NCBI RefSeq assembly: GCF_020745735.1
Contig: NW_026867487.1
Span: 3,410,001 to 3,474,000, forward strand
Direction of reading: 5' to 3'
Origin: Hemiscyllium ocellatum
Taxonomy: Eukaryota
DNA length: 64,000 nucleotides
Of the stretch, positions 48,870-62,201 are shown piece by piece (the stretch's first letter is position 1; the number at the start of each line of letters is the position of its first letter). The translations under genes and the position numbers were made by a program. The notes under the pieces were generated by a model. The model saw nothing but the letters and a program-made list of their open reading frames with translations, was not told the DNA's origin and ran no database searches.

Positions 48870-51800
48870 ATGAAATGGTCTGTACCTCCTGTCAGATCTG
48901 GGAGATGAGGGAGCGGTCAACTCTCTCTGGTGACTATATTTGGTGCATGCGTGCCTTGAATGCGCCTTCTCAGAGACCTCTTTGATCAGTTGGTGGGCCG
49001 CTGGAAGAGCTGAACAGCATGCTGGGGACAGAAAATGTGATAAGTAGTAGGTTCAGTGTTTGGTCACAACGCAGGTGTTTTCAAATTAGATGTGTGACAG
49101 CCAGGAGAGGTAGGCAGTGCTGTCTCCTGTGGCTGTCCTCCTCTCAAATAAGTACATTTTTTGAATACTGTTGGTGGGATCGCCACTCAGCAGAAATAAA
49201 GGCACCAGAGAGGTGTTTCACTGTGTTGTCAGGCAGGCTAAGTCAAAGCATGCAATCTAATATGGGACTCTGTAGTCTGACGCATAGAGAGTTGTTTCTG
49301 TAGCCGTGAGCGAAATTCCAAGATGGTATGTTGCCTCCCTGGTGCCACGGTTAAAGATGTTCACAGAGCTGTTGTAGCAAATTCTCAATGGGAACCATGA
49401 GAAGCCCGATGTTATTTTACACATTGTCAACAATCACATTGGGAGATTGAAAGGATGATGTTCTGCAGATTGAATAGAGAGTTGGGCAGAAGGTTAAAAA
49501 GCCAAACGTCAGGTTAGTAATGCCTGGATCACTCGTGGTGCCACATGCTAGTGAGAGTAGGAACTGGAGGATAAGGCAGATGAGTGACTGGCTGAGGAAC
49601 CACTGCAGGACAGCGATTCAGACTTTGTTGTTATTGGAATCGTTTCTGTAGCAGCAGCGACCTGTACCAGAGGAACCCATTGCTCCTGAGCTGCAGCAAG
49701 ACCAGAATCCTGGCGGGGAGATGCACTGGAGCTTCACGAGAGGGTTTTTATCTACAAACTAAGCAGCAGTGAGATAGAAAGATGCTTGAGGATAGTATAG
49801 AGGTAAAAACAACAAGTTAAGTCGGCAAGACTTGTAAGAACATGACAGGGAACTAGAGCAGACTGATTAATTAAACTGACTTTATTTCAAAGGACGATGT
49901 CCGACAAGAAAGACAGATAGTCTCAGAGCATAGAGGGGAACATGGGTCTGGAACATTATAGCTAACAGGAACGAGGGAGGGAAATGACTCAGAGTTCAAT
50001 GCTCTGGTGTATGATTGCTAACACAAGCATAGCAGGCGAACTGAGACAGGAGGCAGAGTAGCATTTTCGATAAGGGAAATCATCATGACATTACTTAGCT
50101 TGGATATTCAAGGAACATCGACTACTGATGATTTATGAGTGGAACTGATTACTTTGATCGGATTGCACCACAACCAGTACGGAAATGATGAGCAAATATC
50201 TACTCAGATTGCATATAATTGTATGAATGACATTTGTAATTGGAATAGTAGGAGATATCAACTATCCAAACGTAGACATGGACTGCCATGATCTAACGGG
50301 GCTGAATGGGGCAGAATTTGTTAAGTGTCTCAATTCTCAATCAATATGTAGATAGCCGTTTGACAGAAGGGCAAACCTCTACCTCCTCTTCGGCAACAAT
50401 GCAGGGCAAGTGACTGGCGTGTTAGTATGAAAACACTTGGAGATGAGTGGCCCCAATAAGACTAGATTTTAAATTGTTGTGGAAAACATTCGACCCAGTT
50501 CACATGTTTCAGGTATAAACTGCAGCAAGTCTAAATTTGATGATGTCACAAAGAAACTTTCAAAAGACAGTTGGGGAGGGTGTTTGCAGTTAAAGAGACG
50601 TTAAAGAATTAAAGAGAAAAGTGGCAGACATTCAAAAGCGAGATAACCAGACGTCGGGGACTGCATGATCACATCAGCATGAAGGACAAGGTTGGCAGGA
50701 TTAGGGTTCAATGAATGACTGGTGATAGGTCATGGATAGACAGCTGGGTCCAAGTGAATCGTTTGAGGAATATACGGGTATCAGAGTACACTGAAGGCGG
50801 AAATCACCAGGCCAAAAGTCAGACATGAGGTAGCTTGGCTGGTAATTTTCAGATGGATTCAAAGAGACTCTGCAAGTACAACATTGACAGAAAAAAATAG
50901 AGTCCATGACTGATCAACAAGGCCAATTATGACAGAAACGACAGGAGATTTGTGAGATCCCGAACAGTCATTTCACGTCAAAATTGACTATGGAGAATGG
51001 CATAGAGCTGGGGAACTCGGGTAAATAAATAGTGAAGTCTTGAAAAGAGTCCACATCTTAAAAGAAGAGGTGCTAGAAGTCTTAAAACGCATAAAGGCAG
51101 ATATATCCTCAGTGCATGAGTAACATCTTGTCGGGGAGACGGATTGCAATGAAGAAAAAAAATCAAATTTCTTACACTGTGTCAAGGTGTCAGTGAACGC
51201 CCTACCTTCTACAACCTCGTGGTGACACTGTGTTTAGGCGGACCACTAACCGTCTTTCTCCAATGGGAGAGCAATCACATTATCCTCTATGACTATGTGG
51301 ACTTCACCTTCACAAACATAATCAAGGTGATTTAACATGGCTTCGGGATGGAGTAATTCTTCCTGAGATGATTATGCAAGTTTTTTTGAAGAAATAACTG
51401 CTAAAATTGATTAAAACGAGACGAGAAAATCTGATGCATATTGATTTTTGGAAACTTATTTGAGATGTGATGTTCATCTGGCTGTTTAACAACATAGTAT
51501 GGATCGAGGACTGCCTAACTTATCGAGGGTAAAGTGCAGTGTCATAAGGCTTGANNNNNNNNNNNNNNNNNNNNNNNNNNNNNNNNNNNNNNNNNNNNNN
51601 NNNNNNNNNNNNNNNNNNNNNNNNNNNNNNNNNNNNNNNNNNNNNNNNNNNNNNNNNNNNNNNNNNNNNNNNNNNNNNNNNNNNNNNNNNNNNNNNNNNN
51701 NNNNNNNNNNNNNNNNNNNNNNNNNNNNNNNNNNNNNNNNNNNNNNNNNNNNNNNNNNNNNNNNNNNNNNNNNNNNNNNNNNNNNNNNNNNNNNNNNNNN

Positions 51801-51950
51801 NNNNNNNNNGCGTCTCTGTCCATCTATCTGTTTACCGATGACCAACTTGAAAGCAATAGCTCGGAGGGATTTAGCGCGTCCTATTGTGCACCAGGAATTA
51901 GAGAAGGCATATGGAATGTTGGGAAAACAACAAACTAGAAGAACTACTAA
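48870..51950 (+). mobile_element. Decayed CR1 LINE (ORF1 to ORF2 RT), interrupted by an N gap
   Basis: MVCTSCQ.WE, SKMVCCLPGATVKDV (ORF1), GDINYPNVD (APE) and RT remnants; many stops. Confidence 0.7.
51555..51809. other. Assembly gap (N run)
   Basis: 255 Ns. Confidence 1.
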
Positions 51951-52261
51951 AACAAACATCCAAAACAAGAATGAAGTTGCTGGAAAAGCTCAGCAGTTCT
52001 GGCTACATCTGTGAAGAGAAAACAATGTTAATGTTTGTGTCTGGAGACCTTCCCTCCGAACAAGGATTTATCCCCTTATTTCAATTGAATTAAATGTTAG
52101 ATTACTGTCTGATCTACTCTAGCAAGCATTTAGGTGGCAGTTGGATCCGTCGTTAGTTTGGTTTCATTATGATTTTTATTTGAGCGCCCGATACCACTTG
52201 TTTGTGGTTGTATCTTCCTGCGATTCTGCAGAAACCCCAAGACAGGAATTCCCACCTACAG

Positions 52262-52746
52262 ATAGTGTATAAAGCTTAGAGTGCATTTCAATCCAGTGTG
52301 TCTGACAGTACAGAAATACATGGTGGTGCCAGTCAGCTGCAGGCCCGAGATAGTTAAACTGTTGAATTTATTGTTGGTCCCGAATTCTGCAGAGAATGAA
52401 TTTCAGCAAACTTTGCTTTCTGCTCGGCACCTTTGGGGTACTTTATTACTGCAAGCCTCGTCTGTTAGTTTAGTTGTTGTCAGGACCATAACAACTGATA
52501 ATAACTTGATGCATTCTCATAGCAACAGCCCAATTTGACAAACTCTCTTTCTGTCCGAACAGGTGTGGAGAGTGTCTGGTGACATATTCTCAGGAACTCA
52601 GGGCTGAAAAGAAAAAAATAGATATCAGTTGCAAAAAGTCAATTGACGTTATTTTCAAATGGGATTTGACAAACAAACGTTAAATGTATTTTCCCATTTT
52701 AACCTGTTGGAGTAGCCTGCCACACAACCAAGATGGGTAGCCGCAT
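52262..52746 (-). pseudogene. TRA/DV pseudogene, inverted; leader 52746-52704, exon 52603-52301, RSS 52300-52262
   Basis: Leader MRLPILVVWQATPT|G; exon with stops but VRTE.EFVKLGCCYENASSYYQLLW, KAKFAE, NKFNSLTISGLQLT..MYFC; RSS CACACTG-23-ATACACTAT. Confidence 0.85.
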
Positions 52747-53079
52747 TGTCACTGTCCTCTGTACAACAGGGCTGTTGGATTCTTGTAGACACACTTTCTA
52801 AACCCCGCCCTCATAAAACTGTTATCCTGTCCGCAGATTCTCCCACCTGACTGCCTGCTGTCAGTGGTGGAGCTGTATGGACAGAACTTAGTGAATTGAT
52901 ACACAGTGAACTCCGTTACCCTCATTACAAGTAAAACAGAGAGCCAAGCATTCGGACAAATCCGTTTACATGCATGGCAGGAATCCCCCAGAATCTCAGC
53001 AGACTTATTGCCAGGATTATGTCAGTTTTGCCCTTATTCAACATTTTTTGCAAGTCGTGTAATTGTCAAATTAATGATG

Positions 53080-53270
53080 GAAATCCGTGGCACTGGTAAA
53101 CACACAATGGGTCAGGCAGCATCAGAGGAACAGGACAGTTGATGTGCCGAGCATAGTCGCTTCATCAGTAATTATGCTCAGAACGTCAACTTTCCTGCTT
53201 CTCAGATGCTGCCTGACCTGCTATGCTGCTTCTAGCCCCACACTTTCAACCCTGAGTCTTCAGTATCTGC
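53080..53270. repeat. Older Penelope-associated palindromic element
   Basis: gtcaggcagcatc..gaggaacagga / ttcctgcttctcagatgctgcctgacc inverted pair; CTGATGA remnant on the minus strand. Confidence 0.6.
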
Positions 53271-55561
53271 TGTGCTTACTGTCTCCAAGTTAATCGATGT
53301 CCTTCCAATGCCTACGCACGCTACTCCGAGGCTTTCAGCCCACACAAAATTCCTTGCTGCCTCATAAAGTGATACCTCTTAAATTGCAGATCCGCAAATC
53401 ATGCCACCCTCATCACTGCAGTCAGTCTCAAACGTATCCATCAGCATCTCTCATTTTTCTTTTACCATTTTCACTTTTAATCTGGCCATCTTCCACTGTA
53501 CTTAGTTTGAATAATGTATGTCCCTCTCTGCTGGAACCTGTCAGAAGCTTTCACTGGGTTCAGTCTCAAGTTCGCTCTGCCCTATCCTTTGATTTCTTTC
53601 TGTACCTTTGATTTTAGACGACACGAAAGATTAGACACATCGAACTTCTGAATGCAAGCACCGGAGCTGTATCAGGTCGAGGTACAATCAGTGCCTTTCT
53701 AATTTGATTCATTTTCAGGAACCAGGTCAGGCGGGCTCCATCATTCTTTCCTTAAAGCGTTGTCACTTACAGCAAAGCTGTTACACAACAGACTATAGAT
53801 ACAGAGACTGTGAGAGAAATTACTGATTGGCAGGGAATCCTGGAGAACGACTGGAGGATTCTTCTGGGGCCTTCCTCACACATCAGCATTCCATGTTTGA
53901 CAGTGAGGCAGAATTTACTGTTAAAACTAACAGCGTAAGTAGGAAGGGGCAAGATGGTCCTTAATGCAAACTTCAGGGAACTATGTAGTTCTTGAGAATG
54001 TAGAATGCGATATTTGGGATTATGGTAGTGGCAGGTTGAAACTTTACAAAAGGGAATGTCATTGGATAAATATTCAGATACTAATGGCATGCACGAACAT
54101 GGAGGAAAAGCAGGAGATCGGCACAGGGAAATAACACCAGGGTAAAAAGAACCTTCTGTGATTCTGTGACATACTGTAACCTATGAAATGTATGTCGCAC
54201 GAGGTGAAGCATAGCTCGGATCACTTCCTGCAGTCCTGCATCTTATGAGAATGCACGAAGTTTGGAAGAATATTTTTATTTGATAATGTTGGAAGATTGA
54301 ATCAATATCGAGGACAGAACTGCACTCTCGCTGTGAGAAATGGGCTAATGACGCATTGGTGTATGCAGATTAAGGGGATTCTTGTTTATTTTAATTCATC
54401 CAATGTGTGAAGAAAACCGAACAGAGACAATTGACTCTCTCAAGTCGATTTCCAGTTGGGGTGATGTAACAGGGTGTGTCGACAGAGCCTATGAAACACT
54501 CAGGAGAAGATGAGAACCTGATCCGCGAAGCTGTCTTCTTCAGTTTTTAAATGAAGACAGAGAGTGCACAGAAAACTAAAACGCAGTGCAAACAATTCTT
54601 TGTTCGGACCCGTGTCATGACTTCAGTCCTAAAAGAATGGAAGACAATAAGACATAAGCGTCAAGGTAGGCCGTTCAAGCCTTTAACTCTGCGCTGTCAT
54701 TTATCGAGATCCTTGGCCTATCATGATAGGGGAAGCTCCTGCAATGGAGTGCAGAATCATGTCTGGACCAAAAACCCCATGTCTGTGAGAGTCTGGAAAA
54801 ATTGCATTTTGTGTACATTGTGCACCGATTATCGTCAGATACATTTCAAAAAAAGTATGAATGACATGCTTCATGTGTGGGGAACACCGAATAGAGGCTG
54901 GAATTGAACCTGGGTCGATGGTCCAGTGAGGTAGAACTCTGGAGCACCGTGCCACCCGGTGCTCTGTTGTGTAATGATTTCTTTTTTGAGGGCAATGAAT
55001 GTTTCTTATCCTAAACCAAAATGCCCTATCAAGATTGGACATTAAAGTGTGTTCAACGTCAACTTATACAGAATGTCAATCATTTATGGATTCAAGGGTA
55101 ATGGAGAAAGGTCAGGGTAGTGAAGTTGACGATGATTAAATCATCCATGATCTCACTGACTGATGGAGCATTCTCGACCGCCTGAATATCATATCTTTCA
55201 TTGTAAGTTTTACGTTGTTAACAGTGTATGGTGCAATAGACGTGACGATTTGAACCTTCATGCAGTGAGTCATCAAGACTTGGGATACAAGATCAAGTTG
55301 CTCGTACAGAGGAAAAGAAAACAACCCTTTCATAATATAAACCAGAGAAACAAATATTAACAGTGGAGACTCCAACGGTCGGATTCATGAAAGTCGTAGC
55401 GAAGAGGGAATCATTGAGCAGCAGTGTGCACAGTAGGTTGTCATATAAAGGACCAAATGATCTCCTCCTGATCTTTACAATGATCTGACTCGAAGAGTTG
55501 GTGAGAATGTGGCATCCTAGTATTTTGAGAAGAGCAGAAAAGACTCTATTTCCTCTTGTGG

Positions 55562-56077
55562 GTTTTTTTAAACAGGTCTGGTTCTGATATGTCTCGCCGT
55601 TTTCCTGTGGACAATGATATGTAAGAGAGCCTGATGTTGTCAACGTGCTGAAATTCGAAGCAAAGACTTCGTTTGGAAGGTATTTAGGAGCAGAAATTCG
55701 CTGTTTGACCACTGGATTAAAACCTTCGTTATATTCATTAATGTACGAAACTAGCCCTTGCACGCCCTGCCTGAGGCTTTGTCAGTATCAGCACATGACG
55801 TAAGCAGATTGACCGTGTTGGTTTTACAAATGTGTCTCAGAAAACTTCCGGTGATTTCTGTCTCTGCCTTTCTCTCTGGCTGAGTAAGCATCATCACATA
55901 CTGGGAAGACACTAAAGTAAAGGAGCATTCTTAAACTGGCTTGGCTCCAGTCCATATAAATGTCCCCATGGTGGGGATATGTAGAGAAATTGAGTACCTC
56001 GTTAAAATGGGCAAAAAATAGAGCAATGCACTGGGTACGAAAGTGTGAAGGAGGGGGAGAAACCTCGATGACACCAT
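55562..56077 (-). pseudogene. IgHV-like pseudogene, inverted; leader 56077-56032 intact, exon ~55900-55602
   Basis: Leader MVSSRFLPLLHTFVP with GT donor; MMLTQPE..ETEITGSFLRHICKTN..; GFNPVVKQRISAPKYLPNEVF...TYHCPQ; heptamer decayed (AACGGCG), family-type 23-bp spacer retained. Confidence 0.8.
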
Positions 56078-56809
56078 CCTGCTAGATGAAATGTTGTATG
56101 AAACAGTCTGTCCTCCAGGGACTCACTGAGAAAGGAGTTTTGGAACATTGATGCCAATGACATAGAGAAACATTCTGAGAGAAGGAGTTTGATATCAGTT
56201 ACAGCATGGGACTGGTACTGTATTTTTCACAGTTCCCTTCCACCCTCTCTCTCTCTGTCTCCTTCTCTCTCTCTTTCACTCTCCCTCTCTCTCACATGCA
56301 CGCACAACTGTGTACCGTTTTGTATTTTCAAACAACAGACACATTTCTATGTAATCAGAGCAGAGATGGGAGGATTGATTCAGCATTCCCTTAATGCACT
56401 TGAATCAACATTTCAGTGACATGTATTCTTAACATAAGCACGCCCTCAGTAAATTGATATACATCTGATTGCTCCCACTTTGCTGCCTCTTGGTGACAGA
56501 GATGATGTGAAATTCGGAGAATGCGAACAGCCTCCTTGCTCTCTTTCTGCAACTGACACGATTCCAGGGTGTTGATGAGATGGATTAGAACCAGTGCATT
56601 CTCATTGGATTCTTCTCTGTGTTTCTTTGTGTGCTCCTATTCTGCAGTTTGTTTTCTCAGCAGCTCCGAGTAACAGTTGTGTGGCACTTTGATCCGAGGT
56701 CTGTTTGGTTTCCACTCTGTGTGCGATTGAACATCTCACAGCACACTGTAGTTGCTTATTATTGTAGACAAAAAAGTAGCAGATGGAGAACCATCCACGA
56801 TCCAAAGGT

Positions 56810-57235
56810 AGTTTCTGCCAAGTTGTGGGAATGTTTTTCATTACTGTGTGGTCACTGAAACTGCAGTGATACAAGGCAGTGTCAGTCAGCTCTAGCCCGG
56901 TCAATTTAAAACTGGTTATCTTCTTTGAATCCTGATGATTTGCAGAGAAACGAACTTCAGCATTCTTTGTTTTACATTCATAACCTGAAGAACAGTTTGC
57001 AAGTACATACTTATGCTCTGTGCTTGACTGCTGTGAGTACCAGAGTAATCATAGCGGAGAATGTCTGTGTGAGGGAATCGGTACTGTTCAGGGCTGAAAA
57101 GGAAAACACAGACACCTTGTAAAATATCAGCGTGATGTTAATATAAACATGATATATAAAGATTGTGAAATGTATTTACTTTCAATTTACCTGTTAGAAA
57201 TACTTCACACTCAACCCAGATGTTGAGACCCACAT
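56810..57235 (-). pseudogene. TRA/DV pseudogene, inverted, internal deletion; RSS CACAGTA-23-GCAGAAACT (56848-56810)
   Basis: 45-nt frameshifted leader 57235-57191; exon 57093-56849 with DSLTQTFS and RFSANHQDSKKITSFKLTGLELTDTALYHCSFSD. Confidence 0.85.
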
Positions 57236-58200
57236 TGTTCTGTCCTCTTTGTAATGGAGAAGTCTGATATTTGAAGACACTCGTTCTTGAACCCCGGCCT
57301 CAGCAAATAGCTGACATTTCTCTCTATTTTCTCACCTCACTCTCTTTTATCAGCGATGATGCTGTGATGACAGTTGGAAGAGAACTGGCATTCAGTGAAA
57401 CGATCCACCCCAAGCTGTGTTGCAGACACTGTCCTCAAAACTGACTCACAAGTATCTGATGCATTGACTTTCGTCATGATAGGCAATTCCACAGATCGTC
57501 TTACTTCCAGGCTCAATTCGCACATTTTACATCGAATTTTGTTGTTAACGAGTCAATATTACGTCCCAATTTATCCATACAAACCACACTCGAGAACATT
57601 CAACATCACAAAATTTCTGTGGACCCACACAGTGCCCCTTGCTTAATTTGAAAACTCTCAACTACAACCTCCCGCATTATTGATCACAATCTCAATCTCA
57701 TAATAAAAGCTGCTAACTCTTCTGTCACTTTTGCAGGTTTCTCCTATCTGTGGACCCTTGACGTTTCTATATATTCAGGCTCAGCATGATTATCACTCCC
57801 TCTTTTGGTTCCTCCCAGCGCTATTCAATGTGCTCCCCACTACATTCCTTCCTCCCTCTGTGTGGATGCCTTTCTGTCTCAATAAACACAAAGTCTTCAC
57901 AGAACTGGACTCATTTTACTTTTGTATAGTTTCGCAATCGTATACCGTCAGTGCAAGAACCATAAGTATCAATCTTTGTGTCCACGTGGTTGTGTGAATT
58001 TTCGCCTGTGCATTCCTGTGCAAGTGTTTATGTGTATGAATCTGTGTATGTCTGTCTGAGGATGTGTTTGTGTTTGAGCGTGTGTGTGCACTGGGAGCTA
58101 AACTATAATGCATGTCGGTGTTAAATTGTCCATGCATATCTGTATGTATTTGAGTATCTATATGGGTGCGAGCATGTTTGGAGATAGTTGTGCCTTTTCT

Positions 58201-58232
<32 letters not shown>

Positions 58233-59421
58233 TGACTGTTTTGACTGACATATTTTCATTGGTCTGTTTAGGTGCTTTCCGTCCACCATCTCTGACTGCA
58301 TCTGCTAGCAAACACGATCAAAACATTACAAATGATCTGGAGTGTTGCTTGTGTGAAGGAACTCAGTTCAGAAACAGGTGGCAGCAGCGGAAAGGTAAGT
58401 TGTCCGAAAGTTTGAGTGTTATAATTAGTAAGGGGAAAAAGCAACTTCAGTGGTTGCTCCCTTGTACTAAAAATACAACAACTGCACTATCTGCACTTTC
58501 ATGTTACTGCAAATGAAGGAGGAATATTGATTCCGATTTGATCAGAGAGGACAACCATACTGCAAGATACAAACTGCAGCCACATGACCTCAGAGCGCAG
58601 AAATAATTGCTTTCAACACATGTACCAAACTGAATTTCAGAAATTCACTGGTGACTTTTTATTTGTGTCTAACCCCTTTCTTACTTAATTTTCACATGCA
58701 TGTCATTGCAAACTATCATTTCCCATCTCACATGTCTGGTTTCCTGTAGTTAAAGTCCACATTTTGTTAAGTGTGCATAGATTCTGAGGTTGTGTTTCCA
58801 GCCCATGACTGGTTTGTATACATTGGATATATCTCACAATGTAGTGAGACATTTTATTAAAACAGAGAAGGCTGTCTTCCTATTGCTGGAAACCGTCCTT
58901 AATTTCTTTGTTCATTCAACATGATTAACAGATCATTCATCGCCACCCTAGTCTCTAACGTGTGGAAACACTCTCAATAAACCATACAATAACGTAACAC
59001 AGAAGTTGATTGAAGTATTTTGGGATTGTTGCTTTGCAGAAGAACGAATGTTAAGTAAATTTCCTTCGTGTTTATCACCATTAGAATATTTATTCGCAAC
59101 GAACTCGTGTCCTGTATCTGGAAGCTACTGGTACCAATATAAAGTATAGCTGCGCCGTGTCGTATCGTACATACAGTTTAGAGGCACAGCCTGTCCTTCT
59201 GTCTGAACGTCTCAAAAGGTTGAGTTAGTGGCTAACTCTCAATGAGCCATGTCTAGAATAGAAATAATTTTAAATTTACACAAAAATCCAGTCTGACACG
59301 AGTATAAAATAGGAGTTGAAAATAAATGAGAAATATATTTTCACATGTACTTGTTAGAAGTGACCACCTAGCAATTAGAGTGTTTGCTAGCTGCATTGTC
59401 GCTGTCCATTGTGTAACGGGG

Positions 59422-59737
59422 TAGATTAGATTAGATTACTTACAGTGTGGAAACAGGCCCTTCGGCCCAACAAGTCCACACCGACCCACCGAAGCGCAAC
59501 CCACCCATACCCCTACATTTACCCCTTACGTAACACTATGGGCAATTTAGCATGAACAATTCACGTAACCTGCACATCTTTGGGCTGTGGGAGGAAACCA
59601 GAGTACCAGGAGGAAACCCACGCAGACACAGGGAGAATGTGCAAACTCCACACAGTCAGTCGCCTGAGTTGGGAATTAAACCCGGGTCTCTGGCGCTGTG
59701 AGGAAGCAGTGCTAACCACTGTGCCACCGTGCCGCCC
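59422..59737 (-). mobile_element. tRNA-derived SINE with CR1-like tail (HE1-type), well preserved
   Basis: Reverse complement begins gggcggcacggtggcacagtggttagca (A box), ggtttaattccc (B-box-like) and ends in (aatct)n. Confidence 0.88.
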
Positions 59738-60301
59738 ATCCGTAGTCGGATGTTTGAAGACCTCCAGGCAAGCTAAGTAGGAAAGCAATGGGGGACTCTT
59801 CTGATGTCGTACTCACTACCTGGCTTTCCATTATTGATACTGGTGATTGTGATAGGTCATTAAATACGTGCATCAGAGGCATCATTGTCTCAGCTATATA
59901 GGAGGATTCAGCTGTCCAGGAAGTGAGGAAGAAACGGGAAGACAGTAGCGATTGGGAATTATTTAAATTGAGAGCAATCAAGCATTTATGTATCCCCGGG
60001 GACAAGACACCAGGGCAGTACGTTGACTCCATGGTGCCTTGCTCAACGATATTAGAGAACAGCTGGAGGAATTTCTTCTGTGGGCGAGGGACCAACGTGA
60101 GGTTGTAGTTGACATTGAATCCTTGCCTAAAGCTGGAAGCAGCATTAAGAATGCTAATGTTATGGCCCTGCAGATAGTTAGGGTGTGGAATGCATTGCCT
60201 GGCAATATAGAGGAAGGAGGTGAAATCGAGGCATTTAAGGGTGCACATAAACGTTATTATAGTAATGATGTGCAGGATATATGGGAAGGTACGAGATTCG
60301 C

Positions 60302-61830
60302 TGTCTCAAAGCTAGTCCTTTTTTTCTTTGAAAGCTGTTCCTTAGCTCAAGGATACTCTGTCATTGATTTGGTTCAAATGTACTAAAACCTAATAAACAG
60401 GCCACATTTCAGAGACTGACTAATTAGTTGATTTTCAGGTTAACACACTGTGTTGTTTAAATGTATTAAAACCTAATGAGCAGGCCACATTTCAGAGACT
60501 GACTAATTAGTTGATTTTCAGGTTAACACACTGTGTTGTTTAAATTGATGACCTGTTGATTTTTCATCACTTATGAAAGTAACATTTACAACATTCATAG
60601 GACTTACTCAATCGACTTCGGAAGGCAGGCTTGGTGGTAAACCTAGCTAAAAGTGAATTTGCCAAAGCCAAAGTTCTTTTTCTGGGTCATGTTGTTGGAC
60701 ATGGACAAACAGCCCAATGAGCTGCTAAAACGAAAATAATTGAGGAATTTCCCACAACATTAACAAAAAAAGCCGTACTACACTACTTGGGATTGAATGG
60801 GTTTTAGCGAATGTTTTCACCAAACTTTAGTAGTTTGGCTGCTCCACTCAACGAATTGTTAAAAAGGGGCAAGAAATTTCAGTGAACAATGGACTATCAA
60901 AAGACATTTGACAGCTTAAAAACTGTGTCAACCACTGCGCCAGTATTAGCCACACCTGATTAGGTGAAGCTTTCAAGGTGGCTGTCCATGCCAGTGATGT
61001 GGGTGTTGGTGCAGTGCTCCTGCAGGAGGATGATGATGGAATAGCAAGACCCCTCGTGTATATTTCCAAGAAAGTTGAACGTTCATCAACAGAACTATTC
61101 AACGATTGAGAAAGAGACTTGTTGCGGGCATTACAACATTTCAGTGTTTATATTACCAGCAATGCATCTGACACAATCGGAAGCAGTGCTCACAACACAA
61201 GGACATTTGTGAGGAACTTTAAGGAGGAAAATGCCAGACTGTTCAGTTGGAGCTTGTTGTTGCTGCCATTCAATTTGACAATTGTGCATGTGGCAGGTCG
61301 CAAAAATATGATTGCTGATGCGTTATCGAGACTCGAATGAGATACGGGGCGTTTCGGTGGCAGTTGTGCCGTGGCCAGAATTTGCATGGGGTTGTGCATG
61401 TCTGCATATCTATAGTTAGTCTCGTATACATGCGTGTTTAGGCTACTAACCGGGTTTTCAAGGTTTAGAAATGAAGCCATCTTCAGCGATTGATGGTTCT
61501 TTTTATAAAGAGGGGAGGGGGAGTGTCCCAAAGCTAGTCCCTTTTATTAAAAAGCTGTTCCTTGGCTCAAGGATACGCTGCCCTTGACTTTCTTTGAGAC
61601 TGGTATTAAACCGGGCCGGGCTCCAACAAGGCTGGATTGGTACAGAGATGAAATAGATTTTGACAGGCCTTTTGTTTATGTGTAAGCAAATGAGACTTCA
61701 GGCCATATTGGTCATGTTTAGGAAGTGACCTCGATAAAGAAAGGCCAGTAGTCAGCTCACTAGCTAACTGAGCAGAGTAGCTTTTAATTCAGTTCTTGAA
61801 CTTGTGAAATTTCAACAGGAAGCTGAGTGG

Positions 61831-61880
<50 letters not shown>

Positions 61881-62201
61881 CTTCTCTTTCAGCCCTTCAA
61901 CATCAACCTGTAAATATGTGTTCTATTTATACTGGTTTTGAAAGATTTTGTTTAGTTGGACTTTTGTGTCTATTTGGAACAACACAATTACGTCTAGTTG
62001 GATAGGTTGTGTTCTGTAGAGGTTCTTTATTCTGTTTTTGTGGTTCACTGTGTCGTTTTGTGAGTAAATGTTTGTATGTTTTAAAATGTAGTTGTCAACC
62101 TAGCTATCTTTCTCGCCGTACACTTACTGAACCAAAATGCAGAGTTATTGTCTGGGTCTGCCTGCTTAAGAATATTCCCAGTGGTCTGGCCTTATCCATA
62201 A
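60302..62201 (+). mobile_element. Deleted Ty3/Gypsy LTR retrotransposon: LTR start at 60302, RT/RNase H remnant ~60620-61340, PPT 61507-61523, 3' LTR 61524-~62201
   Basis: tgtc.caaagctagtcc repeated at 60302 and 61524; AGLVVNLAKSEF...FLGHVVG, DASDVGVGAVLLQ-like, YSTIEKE, HVAGRKNMIADALSR motifs; purine tract directly before the 3' LTR. Confidence 0.78.
60384..60545 (+). repeat. 83-bp direct tandem duplication
   Basis: taaaacctaat...ctgtgttgtttaaat at 60384 and 60467. Confidence 0.9.

Noticed and set aside
57628-57656. CACAGTG with a possible 12-bp spacer
   Set aside because: Nonamer matches only 4-5 of 9 and no coding segment adjoins.
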